NCBI GenBank assembly: GCA_973895155.1
Contig: OZ316894.1
Span: 26,645,240-26,709,239 of the forward strand
DNA: 64,000 nucleotides
Direction of reading: 5' to 3'
Source: Marsupella aquatica
Taxonomy: Eukaryota > Plantae > Marchantiophyta
The notes beneath the pieces are model-generated. The model was not told the origin of the DNA. It worked only from the letters and a program-made list of their open reading frames with translations, and ran no database searches. A program made the position numbers and the translations under genes. Position 1 is the stretch's first letter. Each line of letters opens with the position of its first letter. Shown here piece after piece: positions 53,335-64,000 of the stretch.

Positions 53335-54420
53335 CTAATCGACAAGCACAGTGCGGGTCGAAACGAAAACTGGCTATAAAGTTCCGGTCATTCGCCCGCA
53401 ACAGCCACCATCAGCACCAGATTGCGGCAAAAGCAGTCAGTAAAGTTTCCCAAATTTGCGGTGCTTTAGATTTGGGTTGTGATCATCTCTAGCTCCACAA
53501 GACAAGCACAATAAGAGCGTGAATTTTGTTGTAAGGCTCCTGTACTATTAGCCCAGCTACAGTAGTCAGTTACTTTCCTCAACTTACTTTGCTTTACTTC
53601 GCCTGGTTTGCTTTCTGAATTCCAATCATAAATGATCAGCTCATATGATTTCGGCCAATCGACAAGCGCAAGAGTGGACGCCTCGTTATAACGGTCTATT
53701 ACTACCAGCCATCAGCACCAGAAGTACGTAATCAGTTAGGTAGTTAACATTTGCGCTGGTTTGGGTTTCCAAATTCTGACTGATCATCAATGTCTAGCTC
53801 CGTTTGATTGAGGCTAATCGAGAAGTGCAAGAGGTGCCATCTTGTTATATGGCTCCAGTCGCTGAACTACTAGCTGCCATCAGCGAGAGAAGTTAGTGTT
53901 CTAAATTTAAGTTGTGCCTTGCTTTTCTGAATTCTGATCATCAACTTGTATCTCCGTATGATTGAGGCCTAGCTTGCCCCGTTTGGTCTTTGCGATGAGG
54001 ACGATGAACAGTATCGAGAAGCGCCGCATACATCAATGGAAACCTCGTGATAAAGCTTTGGTCGCTCAACGTACCACAACAGCGATCATTCGAAACAGAA
54101 GTCGGCAGCAGCACCTGAACTTCGCTTTGCTTTGTTTTGGTTTCTGAATCCTGATGATCAGTTTTGGGCTTCAGAAGATTGTTTCGCTGTGCTTGGTTTT
54201 GGTTTCTGAGTTCTGATGATCAGGTTTAGGTTCATAAGATTGTTTCGATTGCTTTGGTTTGCGAATATTAATCTCGTTGTAAAGCTTCTGTCAATCAACT
54301 ACTACCAGCCATCGAGACTAATCGGCAAGTACGGTAATAGGAGTAGATTGTTACAAAGCTCAGTCACTCGTCCACCACCAGCCATCAGCGACAGAAGTCA
54401 GTTAGTATTCTAAATATTGC
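53335..54420. repeat. Degenerate tandem array, roughly 160 bp units
   Basis: Recurring CTAATCGACAAGC, CCAGCCATCAGC...AGAAGT and TTCTGAATTCTGATCATCA blocks at ~53335, 53657, 53815 and 54300-54400. Confidence 0.65.
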
Positions 54421-56160
54421 TTTGCTGTCTGATTATGGATCTCTACCTCTATACCACTAGGGCTAACACTGTCCTGATATATATGTTTTACAATCTTTCA
54501 ACTAGGAGTCAATAGGGATCGTCTGGTATTTGGATATCTGAGCCTCCGCATTGTTTCCAATTCAGGTGTTCTTGCATGGAGCAGATCTATGTAGGAGGCG
54601 TTCCTTGAGGAGAGCGCTCGTTCTGTTGCGATTGCGGATTACTGCCGCCTTTGTATTTCTGGACATCATCAAGTTGGGGAGGATTTATGCTGTTGGATGA
54701 ATTGAAGAACGACGAATCGAAGCATATAGCCCGAGGGGGACCTGGGAGTCGTTTTCATCAGATAAATGTAGAGGCTATCGATCATGATTCGTCAGGCTGC
54801 TCCATGCTCTGTGTCTCGCACCAATGCCATTGAGTAGTCTGTCGAATCATTACCGAAATCAACTACAAATTGGACGTCGTGTGTTGCATGTATGGAGCGG
54901 TGTTTATTCTTCCATCTTCGACCAGCGTTGGCTACCAACCCCGCCTACTAAGTCACCACTCTCTTTCTTGTTGAGATGTTCACTTCGACTCGAGGGGGCT
55001 CCGGGCGGGGCTCCGGGTTGTGGTGATGGGGAGTGCCTGTTCCCATGTCCTTGTTTCAAACTCCGGCCCAGCACCTTACTATCGTGGCCCTCGTCATTTT
55101 GAGTGCAGGCATTCTGGCTTGCCTCTTCAGTCCACTACTGTAGTTCACCAGGCGCTACTGTTATGCTCTTAACGCGTTGAGGAGTAGGGTAAATCATTGG
55201 TCATACTGTCGCTTCCCTCGCGAATCCGTTTACACCTGTGTTCATTTCTTTAACGAGGGATCTGGAAGTATTTCTGGGTGTCCTACGCTGCACGTTGCTG
55301 ACTGTTTGGAAATTGTGGATCAGTGATGGATATGAGTTATGGTTGCTATGGTTGATTTTAGATGACTGTACGTTGTGCTTGACTAGTTTTGTGGTGCAGT
55401 ACAGTAGCATGATGTGAATTAGTCGCTCACGATTCAATCATATCCTCGTCATCCAGTCGGTGGCCCTGTTTTTCTGACGGCACGAATTGATTTGAGCGCG
55501 CGCAATCCCATCTCGTAAGCGCGTACTTTACTATTCATGCACTAACAACGGGACTTTACGGATTCTCTTGCTCCAAATCTTCGCTGTGAGCGACCTTGAC
55601 GTCGAATAGCATCGGGGTTACTTTGTAACAACAATTGAAGATAATGTTTCGCCGGTAAATTGTCGTGGAGCAGGCACATTGTTCCGCTAGTAATCTCCAA
55701 CTGAAGAAAATTAATATTGTTAAGTCTAGAAAAACTATTTGAACTTGTCTGCGTTCTTGCTCTCAAAACGAGTAGGTGTCAGTTTCACTAAGTTTAGGTA
55801 GAGGAAAGATATTTGTATTTAATCCCCACATATGCGAAGTAATCGAAAATTTGTGGTTGAATTAGCTTAAGCTAGTTCCTTTCAATGAGAACTGTTTGCA
55901 TTGGCGTGTATACTTTTTTTACTTTGAACAGTAATATTTTGCAAAAAGTTCAGAGACTTATGTCAGCTAGCAGTCTACGGGGCAATTTTTTGTTACTGAT
56001 GAAAAAACGGTGAAAGAGAATCTACTGCCACGTGGTAGTAGTCGCGGTCTCATGTACTGTCTGTCATGAGGAAGTCTGAACCACTTCAGATCTGTGTTGA
56101 CTGTCGATGGCTTTCTACGAATTGCGAAAGAAATTAGGTACTGTGGGCCGAAGAGTGGCA

Positions 56161-56347
56161 AGCCATGTTAGACACATATGGTGACTATCAATCGGAAGTT
56201 TGAATCGATTCCTCGACATTACAACATGCTGCACTTAGGCAGTCTGCAACGAAGAGTTTGAGCCATGTCGACATATGATGAGTATCAATCGCGATTGTGA
56301 TGGAACTTAACAAGTGTATATCGATTCCTCGACATTACAAAATGCTA
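56161..56347. repeat. Imperfect direct duplication (~100-120 bp)
   Basis: AGCCATGT...CATATG.TGA.TATCAATCG at 56161 and 56261; ATCGATTCCTCGACATTACAA at ~56204 and ~56320. Confidence 0.7.
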
Positions 56348-59300
56348 CCATCTCCTATAGCCTTTTCCCCTCTTTTCCTCCCTTTCATTGGGTTGCTTTC
56401 GGATCATGTCTCCAGGTTTGGCGTTTTTTTTTGGCGTTTTTTTCCCTTGGGTACTATAATATATATATATATATATATAGCTCAGCATTCAGAACTCCCC
56501 CGCGCATGAAATCTGTGGGAGCGGAACAATCTGTCTCAACATGAAGTAACATCTCCAAAATTTCTGAAACAAAGTACTAGGTCTGACCTAGCTAAGTTAC
56601 TTTTTCGAGGAAACTGAATTACTCTCAGTAACGGTCCGAAAATTTAGGGTACTACCTTAAATTGGGAAGTCGGAAAGATTTATGTGCCGGCCCTTTACCG
56701 GACAGGTTTATCCCATGACCTGTGTCCACCTTTGGGGCAATTCTCCCAAGTCCGAACTCATGCATGACTGGTAAATTACTTGGGCCGCTTACAGGAGTCC
56801 AGACGGTTCGTTCAGGAGCTGTTTGCCAAAGCGATTATACTTTGCGTGATGATTGATCCCGGAAAGTGAAGGCTCTGGAGGAACAACAGACGTTCCTTCC
56901 TATATATAGTCTATCCGTCTGTCAGCAGGGAAAAGAAAAAGTTTGACTTGGAAATGAAGGGGCGGGTCGCGAGGAGTCTGTTTCTTATTTTGGTGTTTTC
57001 CTTGCATTTTCTGTTGGCAAGCAGGCGCGTCGTGTTTCCTTCGCTCTGTTATCGTTCTGCCTTGCTCGCCATTCTCTGCCGCGAGGTCTCTTCATCGCTT
57101 GCCTTTCCAAATTGCACGAAGACTCCCCCTTCTGGATTTGCTGTTGCGTGTTCTTGGTCTTTATGCCCGTCACACTCCATCGCGAAGCTGCATGGCTGCA
57201 GATACGTTCCTTTTTAGGCTTGACTTTCCCCTTCTAAGCATGACGACGCTTAATCACGAAGACCTTTGGTAATTGAAAAGTGCCCACGCCAGAGTCAGAA
57301 CGTGAGCATTGGGAAACTCCAAGACGAAGCAAGAGCTCGTTCGGTGAGACAATTGAAGTTATCATAAGGCCAGAATCTTTACGATTCTTTGAGATTGCTG
57401 ATCCATGACCTAAAATTGTCACATCCGATCAGTTTCATTGCAAATTGATGTTGCGTGAAGACCCTAAACCAGCACTATTCTCAAACTTCTCTACTACTAA
57501 GGTCAATCGTAGCACAGACCTTTAGGAATCACGGACATAATCTCCACCGACCAACGAGAATTGGAGATTGTGAGAGAAGCGATTGTCCGAATAAGCAACG
57601 ATGTCGGGATTGTAGTTGCCTTTGGCAGTCGCCTGCACGGTTATGAACGATTCTTCTTATGAACTCTGGAAGAATATGTTTCGAATCAGGAATGTGAGGG
57701 AGCTAATTTACTTGCCGGAGGTTACCCGGGATACTTTGTACCTATCACTCTATTTAATTTTATCATGCCAGTAGCCCACACTGCTGAAGTGAGGCCTGGT
57801 GAGGAATCGAGGTGTTCCTTAGTTGAGATTACGCAGAGTCTTCGACTGAAAAGAATTGCCCGGGACGTTCGAAAGTTATACCAAGCAATTCCATCTTTAG
57901 ATGGTCACTTAAAAGAAAAAGTCCCCTTTAGTTAGTTGATACGGTTCGATATACGGTTTTAATCAGACATAGAAAGAACCTCTTGGTTCATATTAATCAA
58001 ATCCTGAAGATCATGATCTCGTGGGGCAATTCTGGAAGGGAGGTGGGGAGCAAGAGCTAGCATGATCTACCTTCCACTTTTAGGTCCAGGAACTTTGATT
58101 CGGACCGTAGGTGAAAACTTGAAAGCAATCCAAATCCATGATGACCACGCTGTCCGAATATATACTTAGTCACCTGAATAGGGTATTCCAGCATAAAGCT
58201 ATGGATTCAAATTTAACTCCCCACTTTGCTGTGTCATAATAACTCAGGCCGGTAGCAACTAGCAAAAATTCGATGAGAAAGTTTACTGATGAGCACATCA
58301 CCGTTGTAAAACTACCAATTGGCTTGGCGGATTTCATATTGCCACTGTATTAACATATGGAGAACCAACTCTCACGCAAGCATGAAGGTGGCATAAATTA
58401 TAATTACAATGAACTCTGATTTGAAAGAATATCTTGACCTTTCAACTTCTCCAGAAGTATTTTATTCATTACATCCTGCCAATTTCATCACCTGTCCGAC
58501 CAAGAAATTTTGCGGCTGGATAGAAACTTTTCTTCCTTCTATCATGGTGGCAAGTTTCTATCAACAAAGATACTCCAACAGATGCTACGATATAATGGCC
58601 ATTTGTTAGTGTCGTTCATGAATCTCAATCCTCTTCCACACTGGCGAGTGCATTATGAGAAACTGAGTTTCATGAAAGACATTAACAAATGACTCTTATG
58701 TTGTAACATTTGTTGTAGCATATTTTGACGCTCTACTCTTGGGAGGGTTGCCCTAGTCTAATTATTAACCCTGTAAATAATCGCACATCAAAATGTGATA
58801 ATATACACTAATTTAAATGTGATAATATACAGTGATTTAAAAAAAATTACAACTTTATGGTAGCGACCGATGGCGTACATCATATATGTCATATTTTGAT
58901 GTGCAGCTACCGGACTCAATTATTAACTCCTCAGCCAGTACAACTTCTGGTACATGTTTACGAAAGTAGTAAGAATCTATCAACCCTTCTTTCTTCGACA
59001 TCATGTCTCCATGATGACACTTTTGGTCCTACTACTTCAGTGTGTGCCACAAAAGTCATTGTACAGTAGTCCTTACAAATGACAAATGTCAACACTTTTG
59101 GTTTCCACAAACTTAATATCCCATGGCTTAATTGATTGTGAGAAGAAGAATCTTAGATGATTTTGAGCAAGGTTGGGTATGCCTGGCTATTTGAGAACCA
59201 CTCAAAAGCGGGGTAAAGTTAAACTAATATGAGTTGGGGGACAAGGTAACACTGAAATTAGTTATGGAGGCATATATTTAATAAGAATTACATTTTAGGT

Positions 59301-60456
59301 GGAATCTTAGGGGCATTCAGTAAAAACTTGAAATGATCTGGAAAAGAAAGTTGCTTTACTGTCATTTTCAAATTTTGGATTTTGCTACTTTTGCTGGAGT
59401 ATAGTATAGGATTCAGCTTTTCCAAAGTGGTTTATCTTGAATCTTATATTCAAAAAAAAGTGTTTATGCATGATTTTGGGAAAGTTAAATATGCACTGGT
59501 TTGAAGGTACCAAAAGTATAAATTTCCATTTCTAAAATGGGATTTTAATGATCAAGTCAATATGTCTGTAGCGGAGTTCATTGATTGTAGTCAAATCTTG
59601 AATTATTCTCATTTTGTTTTCTGTTCTATTGTATTCTTCTTCTTCATTCTTTTTTCTCAAGTAAAGCTTGAATTCTTTTTGCTGTTTTCCAATTTTTGAT
59701 GCTAAGATGTGGAAATACCTAAATTTTTTAAGTGAGGACGACCAATAGTTTGGATCCCATCTTATGAAGAGAGCTACATTTTAGATACCAAAGGTACGTG
59801 TTGGTTACACAATTCTATCAATAATAGTGCACTATAGAGGTGGTGGAGTTCATAAGGAATTTTGACTCAATGTTACAATGTTCTAGGGTAGTAGGGAAGG
59901 TGTAAGAAATTGTCAGCTCAGACCAAACAACAAATGCGGATAAACTCCTGAAGTATCCATAGCGTATAATAGTATATGTGAAAAATAAGGGAGATAATGT
60001 TCTCCCTCTAACCTATACTTCCAAAGGGGACTGAGATGTGTGGGCCTAAATATTAAGTGAATCTTAATTATCCTAATCTAACCAAGGGTCAACAAACCTA
60101 GAAAGGCCAAACTATGTACTAAAGTTAAGAACTTTAGTCAATTCTTAACATAGGAGTACCAATTGTACTGTTGGTATGTGCCTTCTTTCTTTATTTCTTC
60201 TTCTTGAAAGGAAATGAGGAAGAATACTTAATAGACTCTTCCCACCCCAATAGTGACATACATTCATTGTAGGGTTCAACCCATTTCAAGTTGAGCCCCC
60301 GCACATCCAACAGGTACCCACACCAGGAGAGAACAAGGGTTAAATCAAGGTCACAAAGTGGGCAACCAAAGGCCGAGGAGATAATCAGAACTCACATCCA
60401 CTACCCACAAAACCTATCCCACCCACACACATATATCTTTCACACCCGTGTGTGTG

Positions 60457-60751
60457 CTCGGGGGTTTCACTTCCACAAAAATAGCATATCACGTGCGACG
60501 AAAGATAGGGTCATTTTATTGGTTCTAAGGGAAGACTTAAAAAATTTTGCAGAAGAACAATAAGGTCTTTTAAATTCAATTTTGATACTTATAAGAACAT
60601 TAGGGTATTTTTAATCCAATTTTTGGAATATTCCAAGAATACTCCAACTTTATAGAGATTAAAAAATAATATTTTTTCTTGCATTTTAGGGGGTCCGAGA
60701 CTAAAAACGTCGCAGGTGATGAGGAGGTCCACATATAGTGAGACCCCCGAG
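60457..60751. mobile_element. MITE (295 bp), 15 bp TIR, 8 bp TSD TGTGTGTG
   Basis: CTCGGGGGTTTCACT ... AGTGAGACCCCCGAG (14/15 inverted match), TGTGTGTG on both flanks; reverse-complement homologue of 51297-51594. Confidence 0.88.
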
Positions 60752-60908
60752 TGTGTGTGGAAGGGGCCTGATTGAACCTAGGACCTCTCAGTTCCAGGCT
60801 AATCCCCAGCCAACTGACTAAGCCAGTTGGATGATGTGTCCTTCTCAATCCACATCCCAGATGGGCAGGCCTACACAAATTAAAGATGACTCCATTAAAC
60901 TCATAGCG

Positions 60909-61110
60909 CATTTCCTCTTTGTGCCCATATGTGGTCAATATTGTCATTTCCTCTTTGTACCCATAGGTGGTCAATATTGTCATTCATCAAACAGCTATGT
61001 GAGACTAGCTTCTGAATAAATTTCATATGTAGCTTTCAAACACTCTATCTACCGATGTCTCCATCAAACCTCATAGGGCATTTCCTCTTTGTGCCCCTAA
61101 GTGGTTAATA
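60909..61110. repeat. Short 36 bp tandem repeat plus a third dispersed unit
   Basis: CATTTCCTCTTTGT(G/A)CCC at 60909, 60945 and ~61079. Confidence 0.7.
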
Positions 61111-63110
61111 ATAACTCCTCAAACGGAGTTGTAAGTCATATCAATGAATTTCATGTGCAGGTTTCAGAAACTCTATCCAAGACATCAGTGCTCTGTTGAG
61201 CCTTGAATTGGTATATATATATTTATTTATATATAATGATAATGGAGTGAATTTCTCCTAACCTCTGTCATCCTCCAGAATTATGTTGTGCATGCTAGAA
61301 GAAAATACCTGTTTTGGACACCCAACCATATGTGACTATGACTCCAAGCCTTTAAAGGTGTTGTGTTAGTGATGAGAAAAGTGACTAAAATTTTGCCTTG
61401 TCATATAAAGTCATATTTTTAATACTCCAAGGATACTTTTTGTGTTTAGGCTTGGGTTTAAATTTTTTGTTTTTGTTGGGGAACCCGCACTTACCAACAT
61501 TTTAGGGTTTATTCGTGTGATTTATGTCACACACATGCATGTTTACCCGATTTGCCTATAGGTTACATGACATACTCTCATGTCAAAGTTCAATGGAGTT
61601 TAGGATGCCGGATTATCATTGGTTCATCGAGGGCATGAGTTGAAACATAACCCAACCCCAAGAGATACGGTCAAAGTAGGGTTAATTCACGAGACTTTGG
61701 ATGTTTTGTATGTTTCATGACATTTCCTGACAGCAATGTGGAATGAGGGAACTGACAGTTACTGTCGCATGCAAGGCTTCCATTTAAATATTTAAAGTTG
61801 GAAGGGATTTGTGGCACTACATTATTAGCATTTGTGTTAAGGGTGTCAATGTCCAATTGTTTTAATGAATTGAGGTGCTCTCGACATCTCCAATGTTGCA
61901 AAATCTACACAAAGGGCCTGGCCACAAGGACTCTCTCATTAGTGTCTTGAAGGTTTCAAAAATTGCTAAAGGACGCACCACAAGAAGAGTCAATGACTAT
62001 ACAGTACATGTCCTCTTCTACCAGTCAGAGTGAAAATAGTTAAGTTCGGTATCAGTTGGCACTTAACTTTTTAGTCTCATCTACAGAGTGACACTAACTA
62101 ATGGTGTTTACCTAAACAACAATATTCAGCTCGCAGGGCAATCCTGAGACTCATTGTGAGCCTTCCCGTACAATGCTGCCTGATTCTCATCCACTGCCCC
62201 TCCCACAAAAAAAAACTGTCACTAGAAATGAATGATCCGCACTTGTGGAGGTGGGGGCGGGGGGGGGGGAATGTGTGTAAAAAGAATTTCAGCCACCAGG
62301 GCTCAACCCCACGACCGGTCGGCCCCCATTTGAGTGCTCTACCACACCAGCATGTGGTTCATGCTGAAATCTGCCCACAGATAATACTTAACCTAAATTT
62401 TGGAGGCTTACATGGGCAGCGGGCAGTGCCTCCAAAATTGCACGTGCTGATCCTCATTAATTAACCTTGGGATTGCCTTTCTTCATTAATAACAACTATA
62501 AGGTTTCAACAAAGCCTGACACATCAGCCTCAAGGGACCCTAAGCCACATTATCTTTAGTTTGACAACATTATTTAAAAGCTGACTTTGGGTGTGAACTC
62601 ACCCTAAGGGCATTACAAAGCTTCACAACTAGGTTACTCTTCATGATTATGTTATCAGGTTGCAGGATTCATTAACCTGTTTACAAAAATCCTTCCATCA
62701 AACACTCTATAACCTAAAACCTACACATTGGACTAAGACTACTGCCTCTAGCCCCCTGGCCCCTCAGACAACCCACTTCATAGCTAGCCCACTTCATAGT
62801 TAGCCCGGGGCCATGGCCTACCTTACATAATCTAGCTAATATTTTGTGATGTAAATACATAGCACACGCTGCCAAAGAACAAAAGAGTCAACCCAGGAAA
62901 CATGATGTGAGAGGGCAGATGCCCATGAAAGGGAGAAAACAAGCGAAATCCACAATCTGACCCCAACAAAAGGGAGAAAAACAAGTGAAAAATACAATGT
63001 GGAGCCTACTGTCTAGGGCCAACGTGACTCGGGTGGCGACAAGCTTAGGGTGAGGGGGAGAACCGTAGGAGCTCGGGCATGCAGGCTAGTCTCTGGTGAA
63101 TCTCCCCCAC

Positions 63111-63156
63111 CTCTCTCTCTCTCTCTCTGTGTCTCTCTCTCTGTGTCTCTCTCTCT
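63111..63156. repeat. CT-rich microsatellite in the likely 5' UTR of the OTU gene
   Basis: (CT)n interrupted by GT, ~130 bp upstream of ATG 63287. Confidence 0.75.
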
Positions 63157-63286
63157 CGGTTGGTGTTTACATTCGCTAGTTTGAAGCGCAGTGAAGGGTT
63201 CGGAGTCCGGAGCTTTGTTAGAGAACACGAGGGAAGGGGTTGCGGCGGACTCTGGAAGCCGTGGGAATTTATGTAGGGGCTGAAGA

Positions 63287-64000
63287 ATGGAGGACACGGA
63301 AGCCGGTGGTGCTTCTGCTTCTGCAGATGTTGTGACTAATGGAGGGGAGGCGGTGGTGGCACCGGCTGCTGCCATAAAGGAGACGCGTTCGGAAGTGCTC
63401 GGTCGCCACCAGTACGTTGCATTGCATTGCGGCTCTCTGTCTGAGTCCCTCCATTTTTTTTGCAGTCTAACTGCTGTCTGTTTGGGGCCTGCTCGGTTCA
63501 CAATGATCACTGCTGTGCTATACGGAATGAGCCGAAGCATTTTTGTTGTGCGTAGAACTCAGGTTTGAGCGGATTTCTTCTGTTCTCTCCTTGTGCACCC
63601 ACCCCCTGCCTTCGGGCCGGGGGGGGGGCAAAAAACGCTTTTCGGATTGAGATGTGGCCCATAGAGGTACTGTTGCACGAGTATGGAAATCTCCTCCCGC
63701 TGCGTTGTGTGCTCTCCTTCCTTTATTACCATCTTTGAATGGTTGCAGTCTTTCATTCTTCCTGCGGTAACGTCAGTTTGTTGATAAATAAGGGTCTTTT
63801 CGGGCACTCGTGAGGAGATTGTAGATACGTGTGGGGCATCCAAGAGTAGTAGGTTGTTGCTAGGATGATACGCCTGGGGTTCTACGTGCGTGAGATTTGC
63901 CGGTCGTCATTTATGACAAGGCATCTGGCTTTTGTGAGCTTAGGAAGGAGATAAAGGAGTTGCAGAACAAGGAGATTGGCTTGAAGAAGGCAGCTGCAAA
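63287..64000 (+). CDS. OTU5/OTUD6B-like deubiquitinase, first two exons (63287-63411, 63944->64000), truncated by window
   Basis: The CA|GTACGT ... TAG|G splice gives ETRSEVLGRHQKEIKELQNKEIGLKKAAA, matching my recollection of the plant OTU5 / OTUD6B N-terminus; the OTU catalytic domain is not in the window. Confidence 0.72.

Noticed and set aside
54820-55200. Possible small minus-strand coding exon (…EASQNACTQNDEGHDSKVLGPEFETRTWEQALP…)
   Set aside because: No recognisable domain or supportable gene model.
63013-63540. 175 aa minus-strand ORF
   Set aside because: Antisense to the OTU-like exon 1 and runs through a CT microsatellite.

Overview
Eukaryotic, land-plant-type DNA (GT-AG introns, a PLS-DYW PPR gene, TTTAGGG repeats; bryophyte-like is only my inference). 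The left ~19 kb is a nest of decayed retroelements. Its centrepiece is a Ty3/Gypsy LTR retrotransposon (minus strand, <1-8314) whose single gag-pol reading frame carries a complete DNMT3-like C5-cytosine methyltransferase domain between the aspartic protease and the reverse transcriptase. A second, diverged, internally deleted copy of the same family (8315-10950) has the methyltransferase in the same position, and the first copy appears to be inserted into it. Next come a LINE ORF1 remnant and a 4.7 kb TG...CA-bounded element with a long decayed minus-strand ORF. The host genes are a 15-exon DNA topoisomerase IB (TOP1), a 9-exon DEK-C/HIRIP3(CHZ)-like histone chaperone on the minus strand, a single-exon PPR-DYW RNA-editing factor, and the first two exons of an OTU5/OTUD6B-like deubiquitinase at the right edge. 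A ~295 bp MITE family with 8 bp target-site duplications and several small tandem repeats lie in the intergenic DNA. All calls come from reading motifs by eye; no searches were run.
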